Counted from the stretch's first letter, positions 17,352 through 27,877 are shown. The stretch is 64,000 bases of DNA from an uncultured Gemmatimonadaceae bacterium (GCA_963761305.1 CAVXGK010000002.1:3104001-3168000); one strand, 5' to 3'. Notes: generated by a model from the sequence alone, not told the origin. Numbers and translations are program-made.

Positions 17352-19451
17352 TCACGGCGATCGCGGCCGAAGCGACTCTCTCGCGTCGGCGACGGCCTGC
17401 GCCGCGCGCTCGAACCGCGCGGCGAGATCGTCCACTTCAGATTTCGTCAATCGTTCGTCGTTTGTGCGGATCGCTTCGTTCACCGATGGAAGCGGCATGT
17501 TGGCGTAGCCGTTGTTTTCGTCGGCCACGTAAACCAGGCTTCGGAACCAAGGCCGAGTGCGAAGACCCTCCGGCCGCGTGAGCGCTCGTTCCACGCGCAT
17601 GAGCGCCTGGTTCGTGCGCTCGAGCATCGCATTCGACGGCGTCGTCGCGAGCACGGAGTCGCGCACGAGCGCGAACGACGACCCTTCCCGCTCGAGGTGA
17701 TCGATCGCTCCCCGCAGCGCCGTCGTCGGCACGCTCCAGCGGTGATCGGCCACGGCTTTGTCGATCGGCGCGAGATAGCGACGCATCGTCCGCGCGAATT
17801 CCACATAGTCGTACGGCAAGACGTCGGCGTTCGCCACGCGCAGCACCATCGCCGCGGCAACCCGGCCGGCCGCGGCGTGATACAGAAAACCGGGATCACC
17901 GAACTTCGTCATCCACGTGTAGTCATCGTACTGTGAGTGATAGACGCCACCCTGGCCGCCGAAGCCCCACTCGGCGATCGGAATTCCAAGGTGATTGGCG
18001 AAGCCCGCGAAGTCCGATCCACCGCCCGGATCACCCATCGCAGGCTCTGCCGTGTCGGGAACAGCCGACGCTCGCCGCCATTCCGCGTACACGCTTCCCT
18101 TCCCGTTCGGGTCCGGCACGCTGCGCGCGACGTCGCGCAGCATCGGACGGAGCGACGGCGATCCGCCGCCGCTGAAGCGCGGCCCTTGCGCGGCTACATC
18201 CTGATTGAAGTACGCGACGGCCTCGCGCGATAGACGAAGCGAATCATCTTCCACGAACTCCGTCGAGCCAAGCAGTCCCCATTCCTCGGCGTCCCATGTC
18301 GCAAAGACGATCGTGCGTTTCGGACGGGCGCCGGCTTTCACTTCTTCCGCCACGGCGCGCGCTGCCTCGAGCACGCTCACGGTGCCGCTCACGTTGTCCG
18401 CCGTTCCAGGACCCCAGCCGTCGCGATGGCCGCCGATGATCACGAGCTCGTTCGGAAACTCGCTGCCACGAATCACTCCGAACGTGTCGAAGATCGGCTT
18501 GAGAGGTTTGGTCGCTCGGTCGTCGCTCACCTGAACGCGCGCGCGCACCGGCCCGGGACCAACGTGATAGTGGAACGACAGTCCGCCTTGCCACCCGCGG
18601 GGAACGCCCGGCCCTTTCACGTACTTTAACAATTCTCCCGCGTTACCGTAGCTGATCGGAACGACAGGAATGTGAGAGATCTCCATCCGATCCGGCGTGA
18701 GGCGCGGAACGCCCGGCGTGCTTCCGTATCCGGGCGTCGACGGATCGCCGTCGGGATTCAGAATGCTGCCGCGCTGGACGCCGTTGCTGTTGCGCATCGG
18801 GCCGTCGGGATACACGTCGCCGACGACGAAGCCGTCGTCTTGCGGATCGCTGTAGATGAGCAGCGCCACCGCGCCGTGCTTTTCGGCTTCTCGCGCCTTG
18901 ATGCCGCGATACGACCGTCCGTAGCGCGCGATGGCGATCTTTCCTTTCACGGAAACGCCCATCGAATCGAGTTGCGCGTAGTCCTCGATGAGACCGTAGT
19001 TCACGTAGACGACGTCCGCGGTCGCGTCGCCCTGCCCGCTGTATCCGTTCACCGTGGGATACTGCGGCAGCGCCGACGTGGGATCGCCTTTCACGGGCGG
19101 CTCGGCCAGCGCGAATTGCTTCGCGTCGGGAGACACGCGCGCGACGTGGACAGACGTCGGGTGCGGCATCCACACGTCGTACGCTCGCACCTCCGTCTCG
19201 ATCCCCCACGACTTCATCTGCGCGATGACATAGTCGCGAGTGCGCGCCTGCGCCGGCGTTCCGGCAACGTGCGTTTCACGCGAGAGCTCCTTCGAGTTCG
19301 CGGCCGCGGTGGTCGGTGAGGGGCGTTTGATCGCATCGGCCTCGAGATCGCGCTCACGAGCCGCACCCGCGGCCGTGTACCCGACGAGCGGTTGCTGTGC
19401 GGTCAGTGTCGCCGCGGAACACAGGGTCAAGAACGCGATGGAGATTTTCAC
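17352..19451 (-). CDS. M28 peptidase (glutamate carboxypeptidase II-like, PA and TfR dimerisation domains)
   Basis: signal peptide, VYVNYG, IARYG, GGHRDGW, DNVSG, WDAEEWG, GSDF, YHSQYD. Confidence 0.92.
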   Translation of the reverse strand: MKISIAFLTLCSAATLTAQQPLVGYTAAGAARERDLEADAIKRPSPTTAAANSKELSRETHVAGTPAQARTRDYVIAQMKSWGIETEVRAYDVWMPHPTSVHVARVSPDAKQFALAEPPVKGDPTSALPQYPTVNGYSGQGDATADVVYVNYGLIEDYAQLDSMGVSVKGKIAIARYGRSYRGIKAREAEKHGAVALLIYSDPQDDGFVVGDVYPDGPMRNSNGVQRGSILNPDGDPSTPGYGSTPGVPRLTPDRMEISHIPVVPISYGNAGELLKYVKGPGVPRGWQGGLSFHYHVGPGPVRARVQVSDDRATKPLKPIFDTFGVIRGSEFPNELVIIGGHRDGWGPGTADNVSGTVSVLEAARAVAEEVKAGARPKRTIVFATWDAEEWGLLGSTEFVEDDSLRLSREAVAYFNQDVAAQGPRFSGGGSPSLRPMLRDVARSVPDPNGKGSVYAEWRRASAVPDTAEPAMGDPGGGSDFAGFANHLGIPIAEWGFGGQGGVYHSQYDDYTWMTKFGDPGFLYHAAAGRVAAAMVLRVANADVLPYDYVEFARTMRRYLAPIDKAVADHRWSVPTTALRGAIDHLEREGSSFALVRDSVLATTPSNAMLERTNQALMRVERALTRPEGLRTRPWFRSLVYVADENNGYANMPLPSVNEAIRTNDERLTKSEVDDLAARFERAAQAVADARESLRPRSP

Positions 19452-19516
19452 GTGAGCGATTGTCAGGGGTGGACAGGCGCCTCGCGCGCCGGAAAGATTC
19501 TACGGACTCTACGATC

Positions 19517-20134
19517 TCACTCGTACTGCTCGAGCGCTACCCGAACCGCGCGCCGAAGCCGTTCGTCGCGGCCGGGGGCGTCGCCGACGCTCGCCGCGAT
19601 CGCGCCAAACTGCCGTAGCATCTCGCCTTGCACGAAGGCCTCGGTGTCCTTTACGCCGAGGGCCTCGAGTGCACGAATGGCGAGGTGTCGGAGCGACGTG
19701 CGGGTATCCGGATCGAGCGACTCGAGCGATGGCGGTGTCGGTCGTATCGGAGCCACGACGCCCCGACCGCGGTTTCGCTTCGGCGACTCCCACAGCGACG
19801 ACACCGGCGCCATCTCGACGACGAACGAGCCGGGACTGTGCTCGCGGTGCGTGACGACTACCCCGCGCCGGCGAAGCGCATACAGCAAGCGCTCCACCGC
19901 GGCGCGGACCGGTGAAACGCCGTCCTCACTCTGATTGCCGCGGCCCGTGATGATGAGCACCTCGCCGGCCCGGTCAACCTGCTGTTGCCGCAGCCAGGCC
20001 TCGGCGCGCGACGTCGCCTCGCCGACCGACGGCAACAACTCGCGAAGGTTGAGCGTGCGCCGTTCGCCGAATCGCGCTTCGTCGAACGCGCGATGCAGAT
20101 TCGACAACCCCAAGCGCCGGGGTGAGCCCTTCAT
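19517..20134 (-). CDS. stand-alone Smr/MutS2-domain protein
   Basis: TLNLR..EA..WL..VLIITGRGNQS..SPVR..PGSFVV. Confidence 0.78.
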   Translation of the reverse strand: MKGSPRRLGLSNLHRAFDEARFGERRTLNLRELLPSVGEATSRAEAWLRQQQVDRAGEVLIITGRGNQSEDGVSPVRAAVERLLYALRRRGVVVTHREHSPGSFVVEMAPVSSLWESPKRNRGRGVVAPIRPTPPSLESLDPDTRTSLRHLAIRALEALGVKDTEAFVQGEMLRQFGAIAASVGDAPGRDERLRRAVRVALEQYE

Positions 20135-20169
20135 GATGAAACAAATGTACCGGCGGGTCGCCGCGGTGT

Positions 20170-20748
20170 TTAGGCCACCTGGCGACGGATACGCTCGCGC
20201 GGCGCGATCGCGATGCCCGGTCCCGGCTGCGCGAGACCGCCCTCGCGCCGGCCCTGGCCTCCGGCCAGCGCATCGACCTGCAGGTTTTTCGCGAAACAGT
20301 GCTCGTCGCAGGCGAAACGCCGCGCGCAGGCCAGACAATCCCGGCCAATCTTTTCCGGATAGCGGGCGCGATCGACGCGTTGGTAGCCGATGGCCGAGAA
20401 AAACGCCGGCTGGAGCGTGAGCGCGAAAACGTCGTACGTGCCCCGCTTGATCGCCAACTCCTCAACCGCGGCGACGATCGCGCGGCCGACGCCCCGCCCG
20501 TGCGCGTCGCGCGACACGGCGATCGCCGCGATCTCGGCGACCGACGGCGAATACTCCTTGAGCGCGCCGCATGCGACCACACGGTCCCACGCGTCGACGC
20601 CGACGACGTAGTCGTCGATGGTCAATTCGACCATCTCCGGGGTGCGCCGGAGCATGAGCGCGTCAGCGGCGAACGCGCCGATCAACCGGACGATCGGTTC
20701 GACGTCCTCGAGGCGCGCGCGCCGCACGACCACTCCGAGCGGTTTCAC
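20170..20748 (-). CDS. argA: short GNAT amino-acid N-acetyltransferase (ArgA-like)
   Basis: GTGA overlap with argD; VVACGAL, AEIAAIAV, HGRGVG, VFALT, PEKI.RDC..C..CDE. Confidence 0.8.
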   Translation of the reverse strand: MKPLGVVVRRARLEDVEPIVRLIGAFAADALMLRRTPEMVELTIDDYVVGVDAWDRVVACGALKEYSPSVAEIAAIAVSRDAHGRGVGRAIVAAVEELAIKRGTYDVFALTLQPAFFSAIGYQRVDRARYPEKIGRDCLACARRFACDEHCFAKNLQVDALAGGQGRREGGLAQPGPGIAIAPRERIRRQVA

Positions 20749-21917
20749 AAGACCTCTTCGAGAATACGCAGGCCGTCGGCGAGGTCGTCGCGCGTCGCGA
20801 CGAGCGGCGGCAGGAGGCGCACGGTGTACTCGCCTGCCGTGCACGCGAGCAATCCGGCCTCGAACGCCTCGTTCACGACGTGCGCCGCGGAGCCCATTAC
20901 GTCCAGGCCCCACATGTAGCCGAGGCCGCGCACCGCACGAATTCGCCCGCTGCGTTGGGCAAGGTCGTTGAGCTGCTTGCCGAACCACGCGCCGGTCTGC
21001 GAGACGTGCTTGAGCATCGCCGGGTCGGACAGACGATCGAGCACGTGGTTGGCGACGCTCGCCACGAACGGTCCGCCGCCGAACGTGGTGCCGTGATCGC
21101 CGGGCTGAATCGTCGCCGCAACGTCGTCGGTCATCAGCACGACGCCCATCGGTAATCCGCCGGCGATCGGTTTGGCCAATGTGAGAAGATCCGGCTCGAC
21201 GCCGAACTGCTCGTAGGCGAACAGCGTCCCCGTGCGAGCAAGGCCGCACTGAATCTCGTCGAAGATGAGCAGGACATCGCGCTCGCGAGTGAGCGCGCGC
21301 ACCTCGCGCACGAACCCGGCATCGAGCACTCGCACGCCGCCCTCGCCCTGAATCGGCTCGAGGATCACCGCCGCCGTCGTCTCTGAATCGATCGCAACAC
21401 GAAGGTCCTCGATGTCGCGCTCGACGATCGAGATGCCGGGCGCGAGCGGTCGGAACGGAAGCCGGTAGCTCGGCCGGTCGGTGGCCGCGAGCGTGCCGAA
21501 CAGCCGTCCATGAAATGCGCCTCGCAGCGCGAGGATCTCGTGTTTCGCCTCTCCCCTGCTCCGCGCCCAGCGTCGCGCGAACTTGAACGCGCCTTCGTTC
21601 GCTTCCGCGCCCGAGTTGCAGAGAAACGCCTTGCCCGCGAACGACTTCTCGACCAACGCGGCCGCCAAGCGTTCGCCGGGCGCGGTCGAATAGAGGTTCG
21701 AGACGTGAATGAGTCCGTCGGCCGCCTCGAGCATCGCTTGGCGGAGCGCCGGGTCGCCGTACCCGAGGGCGTTGACGGCGATCCCGCTCACGAAGTCCAG
21801 GTATCGCTTTCCGTCGGCGTCGATCAGGTACACGCCTTGGCCATCCACGAACAGAGCAGGCGCACGCTTGTAGTTCGCCAACAGCGCGCTGGTCGTCGGT
21901 TCCATCGAAATCGTCAT
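20745..21917 (-). CDS. argD: acetylornithine aminotransferase
   Basis: LDFVSGIAVNALG, CNSGAEANE, FHGR, EPIQGEGG, FDEIQCG, LAKPIAGG, HGTTFGG. Confidence 0.93.
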   Translation of the reverse strand: MTISMEPTTSALLANYKRAPALFVDGQGVYLIDADGKRYLDFVSGIAVNALGYGDPALRQAMLEAADGLIHVSNLYSTAPGERLAAALVEKSFAGKAFLCNSGAEANEGAFKFARRWARSRGEAKHEILALRGAFHGRLFGTLAATDRPSYRLPFRPLAPGISIVERDIEDLRVAIDSETTAAVILEPIQGEGGVRVLDAGFVREVRALTRERDVLLIFDEIQCGLARTGTLFAYEQFGVEPDLLTLAKPIAGGLPMGVVLMTDDVAATIQPGDHGTTFGGGPFVASVANHVLDRLSDPAMLKHVSQTGAWFGKQLNDLAQRSGRIRAVRGLGYMWGLDVMGSAAHVVNEAFEAGLLACTAGEYTVRLLPPLVATRDDLADGLRILEEVL

Positions 21918-22678
21918 GAGAGCTCTCCACATCGGCGCAACACGGTTCCACGGTCCGGATCGTCGATTGCGACGAGATCGGAAATCCGCACTTGAGGGAC
22001 GCCGCCGGCGAGCGCATTGAGCGCCGCCTGCAGCTTGGCTTGCATGCCGCCGGCCGCGACGCCGTCGGCGATCAACGCCCGGGCCATGTCCGGCGTCAGC
22101 GATGTAATCACCGCACCATCGCGCATCACACCCGGCACGTCGGCGACGAGCAACAACTCCGCGGCCCCGAGCGCGGCGGCGATCGCCGCGGCGGCATCGT
22201 CGCCGTTCACGTTGAGCGCTGCGCCGAGCGTTCCGCTCGCATCGCGGCTCACCGGCGAGATGACCGGCATGTAGCCGCCGGATAAGAGATGCTTCAGGAA
22301 CGCCACGTTCACCGTTCGGGGAACACCGACGTGTCCGAGGCGCTGCGCGTCCATCGGCGAGGCGGCGATGAGACCCGCGTCTTCGCCGGAGAGGCCGACC
22401 GCTTCGATGCCGCATTCAACGAGCGTCGCGACGAGCCGCTTGTTGGCGCTGCCCGACAGCGCCATGCGGACGAGGTCGATGTCCTTCGCGGTCGTCACCC
22501 GACGCCCCTCGACGAACGTCGACGTGGATCCGAGCGCGGCCTGCAACGCCGACACTTCGTCACCGCCGCCGTGCACCAGTACCACGTTTCCCGCGTCGCG
22601 CGTCCAGCACGACGCAACGATCCCCGCGAGCCGCGGGTCCGATTGCGGCCGTCCTCCGACCTTCACGACGCGCGTCAC
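21914..22678 (-). CDS. argB: acetylglutamate kinase
   Basis: VVKVGG, VHGGG, EGRRVT, GLSGED, NVNGD, GGMQAKL. Confidence 0.92.
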   Translation of the reverse strand: MTRVVKVGGRPQSDPRLAGIVASCWTRDAGNVVLVHGGGDEVSALQAALGSTSTFVEGRRVTTAKDIDLVRMALSGSANKRLVATLVECGIEAVGLSGEDAGLIAASPMDAQRLGHVGVPRTVNVAFLKHLLSGGYMPVISPVSRDASGTLGAALNVNGDDAAAAIAAALGAAELLLVADVPGVMRDGAVITSLTPDMARALIADGVAAGGMQAKLQAALNALAGGVPQVRISDLVAIDDPDRGTVLRRCGELS

Positions 22679-23634
22679 GCGACGAGCCCCGCGGTTTCGG
22701 CCAGGCCGAGCATGAGGTTCGCGTTCTGAACCGCCTGCCCCGCCGCGCCTTTCACGAGATTGTCGATCGCCGACGTGACGAGCAGCATCGGCGATCGCGT
22801 GTTCGCGACGTGCGTCGCCGAGATCCGAACGACGTTCCGGTGGAGGACATCGCGCAGGGACGGCGACGTCGCGGCGATCTCGATGAACGGCTCGCCCGCG
22901 TAGGCGCTCTTCCATGGCGAAAGCGGATCGTCCAAGCGCCGCGTGAGCGGCACGGTGATCGTCGAGAGAATGCCACGGGCCACCGGAAGCAGATGCGGCG
23001 TGAAGACGAGCTCCGCGTCGGTGTTCCACGACTCGAGCGTGGCGCGCATCTCCTTCGTATGACGGTGCTCGTTGCCAATGCCGTACGCGCGATAGTCCTC
23101 GGCAATCTCGGCGAACAGCAGCTCGCGCTTCGCCGAATTCCCTGCCCCGGTCACGCCGCTCGCCGAATTCGCGATGACCGTCGCGCCGCGGGCGACGAGG
23201 CCTTGCGCGAACAGCGGCGCGAGCGCGATCAGGATCGACGTCGGATAGCAACCGGGATTCGCGACCAACTCGGCGTTCTTGACGAGCGGGCGATTCAGCT
23301 CCGTGAGACCATAGGCGATTCCCTCGCACCCGTTGCCAGGACGCAGGTCCGCCGATAGATCAACCACACGCGCGCCGGCGCTTCGGGCGCGCTCCACCAT
23401 TTCCTTCGAGGCGCCGTGCGGGAGCGCGCTGAACACGAGCTCAGTGTCGGTCAGCGGCGCGTCGTCGTTGCTGCAGTACGTGATCTCTCGGCCGCGCACG
23501 CGCACACTCGAACCGCGCTGCTCGTTCGCGGTCGCGAACGTCAGTGCCAGGTCTGGGTGACGTTCAATGAGTGCGCAGAGCTCGCGCCCCGCGTAACCGC
23601 TGGCGCCGAGGACGCCGACTGGAATCTTGTGCAC
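22675..23634 (-). CDS. argC: N-acetyl-gamma-glutamyl-phosphate reductase
   Basis: GASGYAG, ALPHG, DLSADLR, ANPGCYPT, SGVTGAG, DNLVKGAAGQAVQN. Confidence 0.95.
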   Translation of the reverse strand: MHKIPVGVLGASGYAGRELCALIERHPDLALTFATANEQRGSSVRVRGREITYCSNDDAPLTDTELVFSALPHGASKEMVERARSAGARVVDLSADLRPGNGCEGIAYGLTELNRPLVKNAELVANPGCYPTSILIALAPLFAQGLVARGATVIANSASGVTGAGNSAKRELLFAEIAEDYRAYGIGNEHRHTKEMRATLESWNTDAELVFTPHLLPVARGILSTITVPLTRRLDDPLSPWKSAYAGEPFIEIAATSPSLRDVLHRNVVRISATHVANTRSPMLLVTSAIDNLVKGAAGQAVQNANLMLGLAETAGLVA

Positions 23635-23638
23635 GCAG

Positions 23639-23656
23639 AATGCATAATAATGCAAA
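23639..23656. promoter_or_regulatory. ARG box between argC and argR
   Basis: AATGCATAATAATGCAAA, palindromic TGCAT-N4-ATGCA. Confidence 0.85.
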
Positions 23657-23729
23657 TGCAACCCGTCAACTCGTTGGCCAAATGTCGGGAAGGGAGGGGC
23701 TCGCGACCCTCGATCCAGCGCATCGCGGT

Positions 23730-24188
23730 ATGACGAAGAAACGCGAACGCCACGGATCCGTGGTCCGGCTGATCGGCAGCCATCGGATCGCAAGCCAGGA
23801 GGAGCTCAGGCGCCTTCTGGTCGCCGAAGGCTGGGACGTCACACAGGCGACACTATCGCGAGACCTGCGAGATCTGGGTGTCGTCCGGGCTCCCGGCGAC
23901 GACGGTGCTCGCTACATGCTCCCCGAGATGGTCTCGGATGAAGCTAAACCCTCTCTGGATGGTCTCTTACCGCAGCTCTTCTCGAGGATCGATGGAGTGG
24001 GGGAGTTGATCGTCCTTCACACACTCCCGAGCGGCGCCCAGCCGATCGCCGAGGCTGTCGATGCGCAGGGCTGGCCCGAGATCATCGGAACGCTCGCCGG
24101 CGAAAACACGATCCTCATCGTTTGCCGGTCCGCTGCCGCCCGGACGATCCTCACCCAGCGCCTCGTCGCCTTGGCCGGCAGGAAATAG
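23730..24188 (+). CDS. argR: arginine repressor
   Basis: SQEEL, VTQATLSRDL, IIGTLAGENT. Confidence 0.93.
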   Translation: MTKKRERHGSVVRLIGSHRIASQEELRRLLVAEGWDVTQATLSRDLRDLGVVRAPGDDGARYMLPEMVSDEAKPSLDGLLPQLFSRIDGVGELIVLHTLPSGAQPIAEAVDAQGWPEIIGTLAGENTILIVCRSAAARTILTQRLVALAGRK

Positions 24189-24209
24189 CGCGCAACGCGG
24201 TTCCGCCCA

Positions 24210-24265
24210 TTGACGGTCGGGACACCAATGAATTAATATGCTGTCTGACTGCATAACATCGCACA
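24210..24265 (+). promoter_or_regulatory. argG promoter overlapped by tandem ARG boxes
   Basis: TTGACG-N18-TAATAT; boxes AATGAATTAATATGCTGT (24227-24244) and ACTGCATAACATCGCACA (24248-24265), 3 bp apart. Confidence 0.8.
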
Positions 24266-24281
24266 GACAGGAGCGGCGTCA

Positions 24282-25547
24282 ATGCCCCGGACAATCGTTC
24301 TCGCATACTCGGGTGGCCTCGATACATCCATCATCGTTCCCTGGCTCAAGGAGCACTACGCCGGCGCCAGGGTCATCTGTGTGGCAGCCGACATCGGACA
24401 AGGGAGCGACGAGCTCGCCGGCGTACGCGCCAAGGCGCTCGCCTCGGGCGCCGACGCTTGCTACGTCGAGGACCTGCGCGAGGAATTCGTGGAGTCCTTC
24501 ATTTTCCCGACCCTTCGCGCCGGCGCCATCTACAATCGCAAGTACCTCCTCGGCACGTCGATGGCGCGGCCGCTCATCGCGCGGCGTCAGGTCGAAGTCG
24601 CGCGTCAGGTCGGCGCGGACGCGCTCGCGCATGGATGCACAGGGAAGGGCAATGACCAGGTTCGCTTCGAGCTGACGTACGCGGCGTTCGCACCCGATCT
24701 GCCGGTGATCGCGCCTTGGCGCGAATGGAACATCCGGAGCCGCGAAGACGCCATCGCATACGCCGAGTCACGCGGCATTCCGGTCGCGGCGACGCGGCAA
24801 AAGATCTATTCGCGCGACGCCAACCTCTGGCACCTCTCGCACGAAGGCGGTGTGCTCGAGGACCCGAACGCCGCGCCGCCTGACGATCTGTTGATGCTCA
24901 CACAGAACGTGATGAACGCGCCCGACACGCCGGAGACCGTGACGATCGGTTTCGATGCCGGCACGCCCGTTTCGGTAAACGGCGTATGCCTCGGCGCGGT
25001 GGATCTCATCGCCGAGCTCAATGCGATCGGCGGCAAGCACGGATGCGGCGTCGTCGATCTCGTCGAGGATCGCCTCGTGGGCATGAAGTCGCGCGGCGTC
25101 TACGAGACGCCCGGTGGCTCGCTTCTCTACACGGCGCACTCGGAGCTCGAGCAGCTCGTGCTCGATCGCCGCACACTCGCCGCGAAGGATCTCATCGCCC
25201 CGCGCTACGCGGATCTCGTCTACGAGGGCCGTTGGTGGACGACCGAGCGCGAAGCGTACGACGCGTTCGTGGGCGTGACGCAGGAGCGCGTCAGCGGAAC
25301 AGTGACGCTCCGCCTGTACAAGGGCTCGACCGCCGTCGTCGGCCGAGAAAGCGAGCATGCGCTGTACGACGAGCGCTTCGTCACCTTCGGCGAAGACGAC
25401 GTCTACCAGCAGAGTGACGCGGCAGGATTCATTCGATTGTTCGCGTTGCCGGCGCGCGTCCGTGCGCTCAAGGATCAGGAGATGGGCCTCACGCCGGCCC
25501 CAGTGCCCGTCGAGGCGCCGGCCGAGGCGGAGTTGCAGATCGCGTGA
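24282..25547 (+). CDS. argG: argininosuccinate synthase
   Basis: [36 protein letters not shown]. Confidence 0.98.
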   Translation: MPRTIVLAYSGGLDTSIIVPWLKEHYAGARVICVAADIGQGSDELAGVRAKALASGADACYVEDLREEFVESFIFPTLRAGAIYNRKYLLGTSMARPLIARRQVEVARQVGADALAHGCTGKGNDQVRFELTYAAFAPDLPVIAPWREWNIRSREDAIAYAESRGIPVAATRQKIYSRDANLWHLSHEGGVLEDPNAAPPDDLLMLTQNVMNAPDTPETVTIGFDAGTPVSVNGVCLGAVDLIAELNAIGGKHGCGVVDLVEDRLVGMKSRGVYETPGGSLLYTAHSELEQLVLDRRTLAAKDLIAPRYADLVYEGRWWTTEREAYDAFVGVTQERVSGTVTLRLYKGSTAVVGRESEHALYDERFVTFGEDDVYQQSDAAGFIRLFALPARVRALKDQEMGLTPAPVPVEAPAEAELQIA

Positions 25548-26944
25548 CCGCCACGTCGCCTGCCGGCGAGTCCGGCGTCGCTCACAAGCTCTGGGGCGGC
25601 CGCTTTTCCGCGGACGTCGCAACCGAATTCGACGCGCTCAACTCGTCGATCGCCGTCGATTTCCGGCTGTGGCCGCATGACGTGCGTCTGTCGAAGGCGT
25701 GGGCGGTGGCGCTGTACCACGCCGCCGTCTTGTCGCTCGAGGAAAGCAACGAGATCGAGCAGGGACTCGACCGAGTCGCCGCGCGATTGCAGGGCGGGGA
25801 AGCGCCGGCGCCGACCGATGAAGACGTCCACACGGTCATCGACCGGCTGTTGCATCAGGAGATCGGCGAGACCGCCTCGAAGCTCCACACGGGTCGAAGC
25901 CGCAACGATCAGGTGGCGACCGCGACGCGGCTGTGGGCGATGGACGCCGCCAAGGCGCTCGACCTCGCCGTGAAGCGTCTTCAGCAAACGATGATCGACC
26001 AGGCACACGGCTTGGAAACGGCGCTCATGCCGTCGTACACGCACATGCAACGCGCCATTCCCGTATCGGCTGCACATTGGATGTTGTCGCACTTCTGGCC
26101 GCTGCATCGCGATCGGGGCCGCGTACGCGCCGCCGCTCGCGCGGCGTCGGTGTTGCCGCTCGGATCGGGTGCGGCGGCCGGCAGCGCATACCCCGTGTCG
26201 CGCGTGCTGTTGAAAGGCAGCCTCGGGTTCAGCGCCATCTCGCAAAATTCGATCGACGCGGTGAGCGATCGCGACTTCGTCGCCGAGCTGCTGTTCGCCA
26301 CGACGATGATCGGGACGCACCTCTCTCGCCTCGCCGAAGATCTGATCATTTACGGGACGAGCGAATTCGGCTTCGTGCAGTTCGGCGATCGGTTTACGTC
26401 TGGATCGAGCATGATGCCGCAGAAGCGGAATCCCGATGCGCTTGAGCTCGCGCGCGGATCGGCGGCGCGCATACTCGGCGATCTCACGACGTTGCTCGCC
26501 ACATTGAAGGGCCTTCCGAGCAGCTACAACAAGGATCTGCAAGACGACAAGCGCGTGCTGTTCGACGCGGTCGACACGCTGCTGCTCGTCCTGCCGGCGG
26601 TGGCCGGCGCGCTCGAGGAGTGCGAGTTCAACACGCAACGCATGCGCGGCGCGCTGTCGACGACCATGATGGCGACGGATCTCGCGGACTACCTGGTGCG
26701 CAAAGGTGTGACGTTCCGCGACGCGCACCGCGCGGTCGGTCGCCTGGTTCGTCATGCCGAAGAGCAACGCGTCGGGCTGGACACGCTGCCGCTGTCCGCG
26801 TTCCTGGAAGCGCATGCCTCCTTCGACGCCGACGTGTTTGACGCCTTGTCGCCCGCGCGTTCAGTGGAGTGGCGCGAAGTAGACGGGGGTACAGGACCCG
26901 CCGCCGTTCGCGGCCAGCTCGAGGCGGCGCAGCGTTCGCTCTGA
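25544..26944 (+). CDS. argH: argininosuccinate lyase
   Basis: [30 protein letters not shown]. Confidence 0.98.
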   Translation: MTATSPAGESGVAHKLWGGRFSADVATEFDALNSSIAVDFRLWPHDVRLSKAWAVALYHAAVLSLEESNEIEQGLDRVAARLQGGEAPAPTDEDVHTVIDRLLHQEIGETASKLHTGRSRNDQVATATRLWAMDAAKALDLAVKRLQQTMIDQAHGLETALMPSYTHMQRAIPVSAAHWMLSHFWPLHRDRGRVRAAARAASVLPLGSGAAAGSAYPVSRVLLKGSLGFSAISQNSIDAVSDRDFVAELLFATTMIGTHLSRLAEDLIIYGTSEFGFVQFGDRFTSGSSMMPQKRNPDALELARGSAARILGDLTTLLATLKGLPSSYNKDLQDDKRVLFDAVDTLLLVLPAVAGALEECEFNTQRMRGALSTTMMATDLADYLVRKGVTFRDAHRAVGRLVRHAEEQRVGLDTLPLSAFLEAHASFDADVFDALSPARSVEWREVDGGTGPAAVRGQLEAAQRSL

Positions 26945-26954
26945 TGTCGCGGTT

Positions 26955-26983
26955 GTATTTATACTCAGAAATGAGTTAAATAC
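26955..26983. promoter_or_regulatory. AT-rich inverted repeat (putative operator or hairpin)
   Basis: GTATTTA-T-ACTCA GAAA TGAGT-TAAATAC. Confidence 0.5.
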
Positions 26984-27027
26984 GGCACGGACGGCCAGTA
27001 AAAGATCCTCTGCCAAGAGTAGGTATT

Positions 27028-27411
27028 GTGTCTCGGTCGTATCACGTTGATGTGGCTAGACATGTCGCCGCCGCGGAAGCCCGCTGGGTAGACAATCTGC
27101 TCGCGAGATTCGCCCTGCCAGGCATCGAGAGCATCGGCCAGGGATCGACCAGGCGAATCTCGAATCTGGGCATCTACCACGTCGCTTTGGTGTCTCGCCT
27201 CGTAGTGACTTTGGGTGTCCCCCTCGAGGCGGCCACCGCGCTGGCGGTCAAGCTCCTCGACGCCGGCACCGGCGAGCGGCTCGGCGTGTTCGAAGAGCTC
27301 GAGTTGCGGTTCGATCGACAGGCCTTCGTCGAGTCAGTGGATGCGCGAATCGGTGAAGCGGTGGAGTCGGTCGTGCCGCCACGCCGCGGCAGGCCGCCGC
27401 GACAAGCCTAG
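27028..27411 (+). CDS. hypothetical protein, possible MerR-like HTH
   Basis: WVDNLL..GQGSTRRIS..LV..LGVPLEAA; C-terminal RRGRPPR (AT-hook-like). Confidence 0.65.
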   Translation: MSRSYHVDVARHVAAAEARWVDNLLARFALPGIESIGQGSTRRISNLGIYHVALVSRLVVTLGVPLEAATALAVKLLDAGTGERLGVFEELELRFDRQAFVESVDARIGEAVESVVPPRRGRPPRQA

Positions 27412-27480
27412 CCCAGCGGCCGGCGTCGCCCGCCACGGCGCCTTCGCGGCGGTGCGCTGCCGATGCAGCCGGAACGACAA

Positions 27481-27510
27481 CGGGGCACTCCTCTCTCGAG
27501 AAGTGCCCCG
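27481..27510. terminator. hairpin between convergent genes
   Basis: CGGGGCACT / AGTGCCCCG stem. Confidence 0.65.
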
Positions 27511-27529
27511 TGATCGTCTTTCGATTTTT

Positions 27530-27745
27530 CTAACGCGCTACAACTTTGCTGACGTTCTCCGCGGCGGGTCCCTTCTGGCCCTGCACGAGGTCAAACTCGA
27601 CGGGCTCGCCTTCGGCAAGCGTCTTGAACCCGTTTCCCTGGATGGAGCTGTAGTGGACGAAGCAGTCCTTGTCTCCGCCATCCGGCGTGATGAACCCGAA
27701 CCCCTTGGCGTCGTTGAACCACTTCACCTTTCCCGTCGTGCGCAT
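27530..27745 (-). CDS. csp: cold-shock protein
   Basis: [32 protein letters not shown]. Confidence 0.97.
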   Translation of the reverse strand: MRTTGKVKWFNDAKGFGFITPDGGDKDCFVHYSSIQGNGFKTLAEGEPVEFDLVQGQKGPAAENVSKVVAR

Positions 27746-27848
27746 GATCTACTCCTGAGGTGCGTCCGCTACAACACCGTGTTGCGCGGGTCGTGGAGCC
27801 CAAACCCGCCATCCGACACCCGCGGACGCTTCGGTTTCAGGCCGGGCG

Positions 27849-27877
27849 AAAGTAGTAGCCCGGGGAAGCGTGGTCAA
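27849..27877 (-). promoter_or_regulatory. sigma70 promoter of the second csp gene
   Basis: TTGACC-N17-TACTTT on - strand; implies a 5' UTR of about 95 nt. Confidence 0.6.

Noticed and set aside
19444..19459. additional parS-like TTTTCACGTGAG
   Set aside because: Five mismatches to consensus and it overlaps a start codon
26955..26983. dif-like site (GTTAAAT resembles the XerD arm)
   Set aside because: No ATAA-N6-TTAT core, and the region looks origin-proximal
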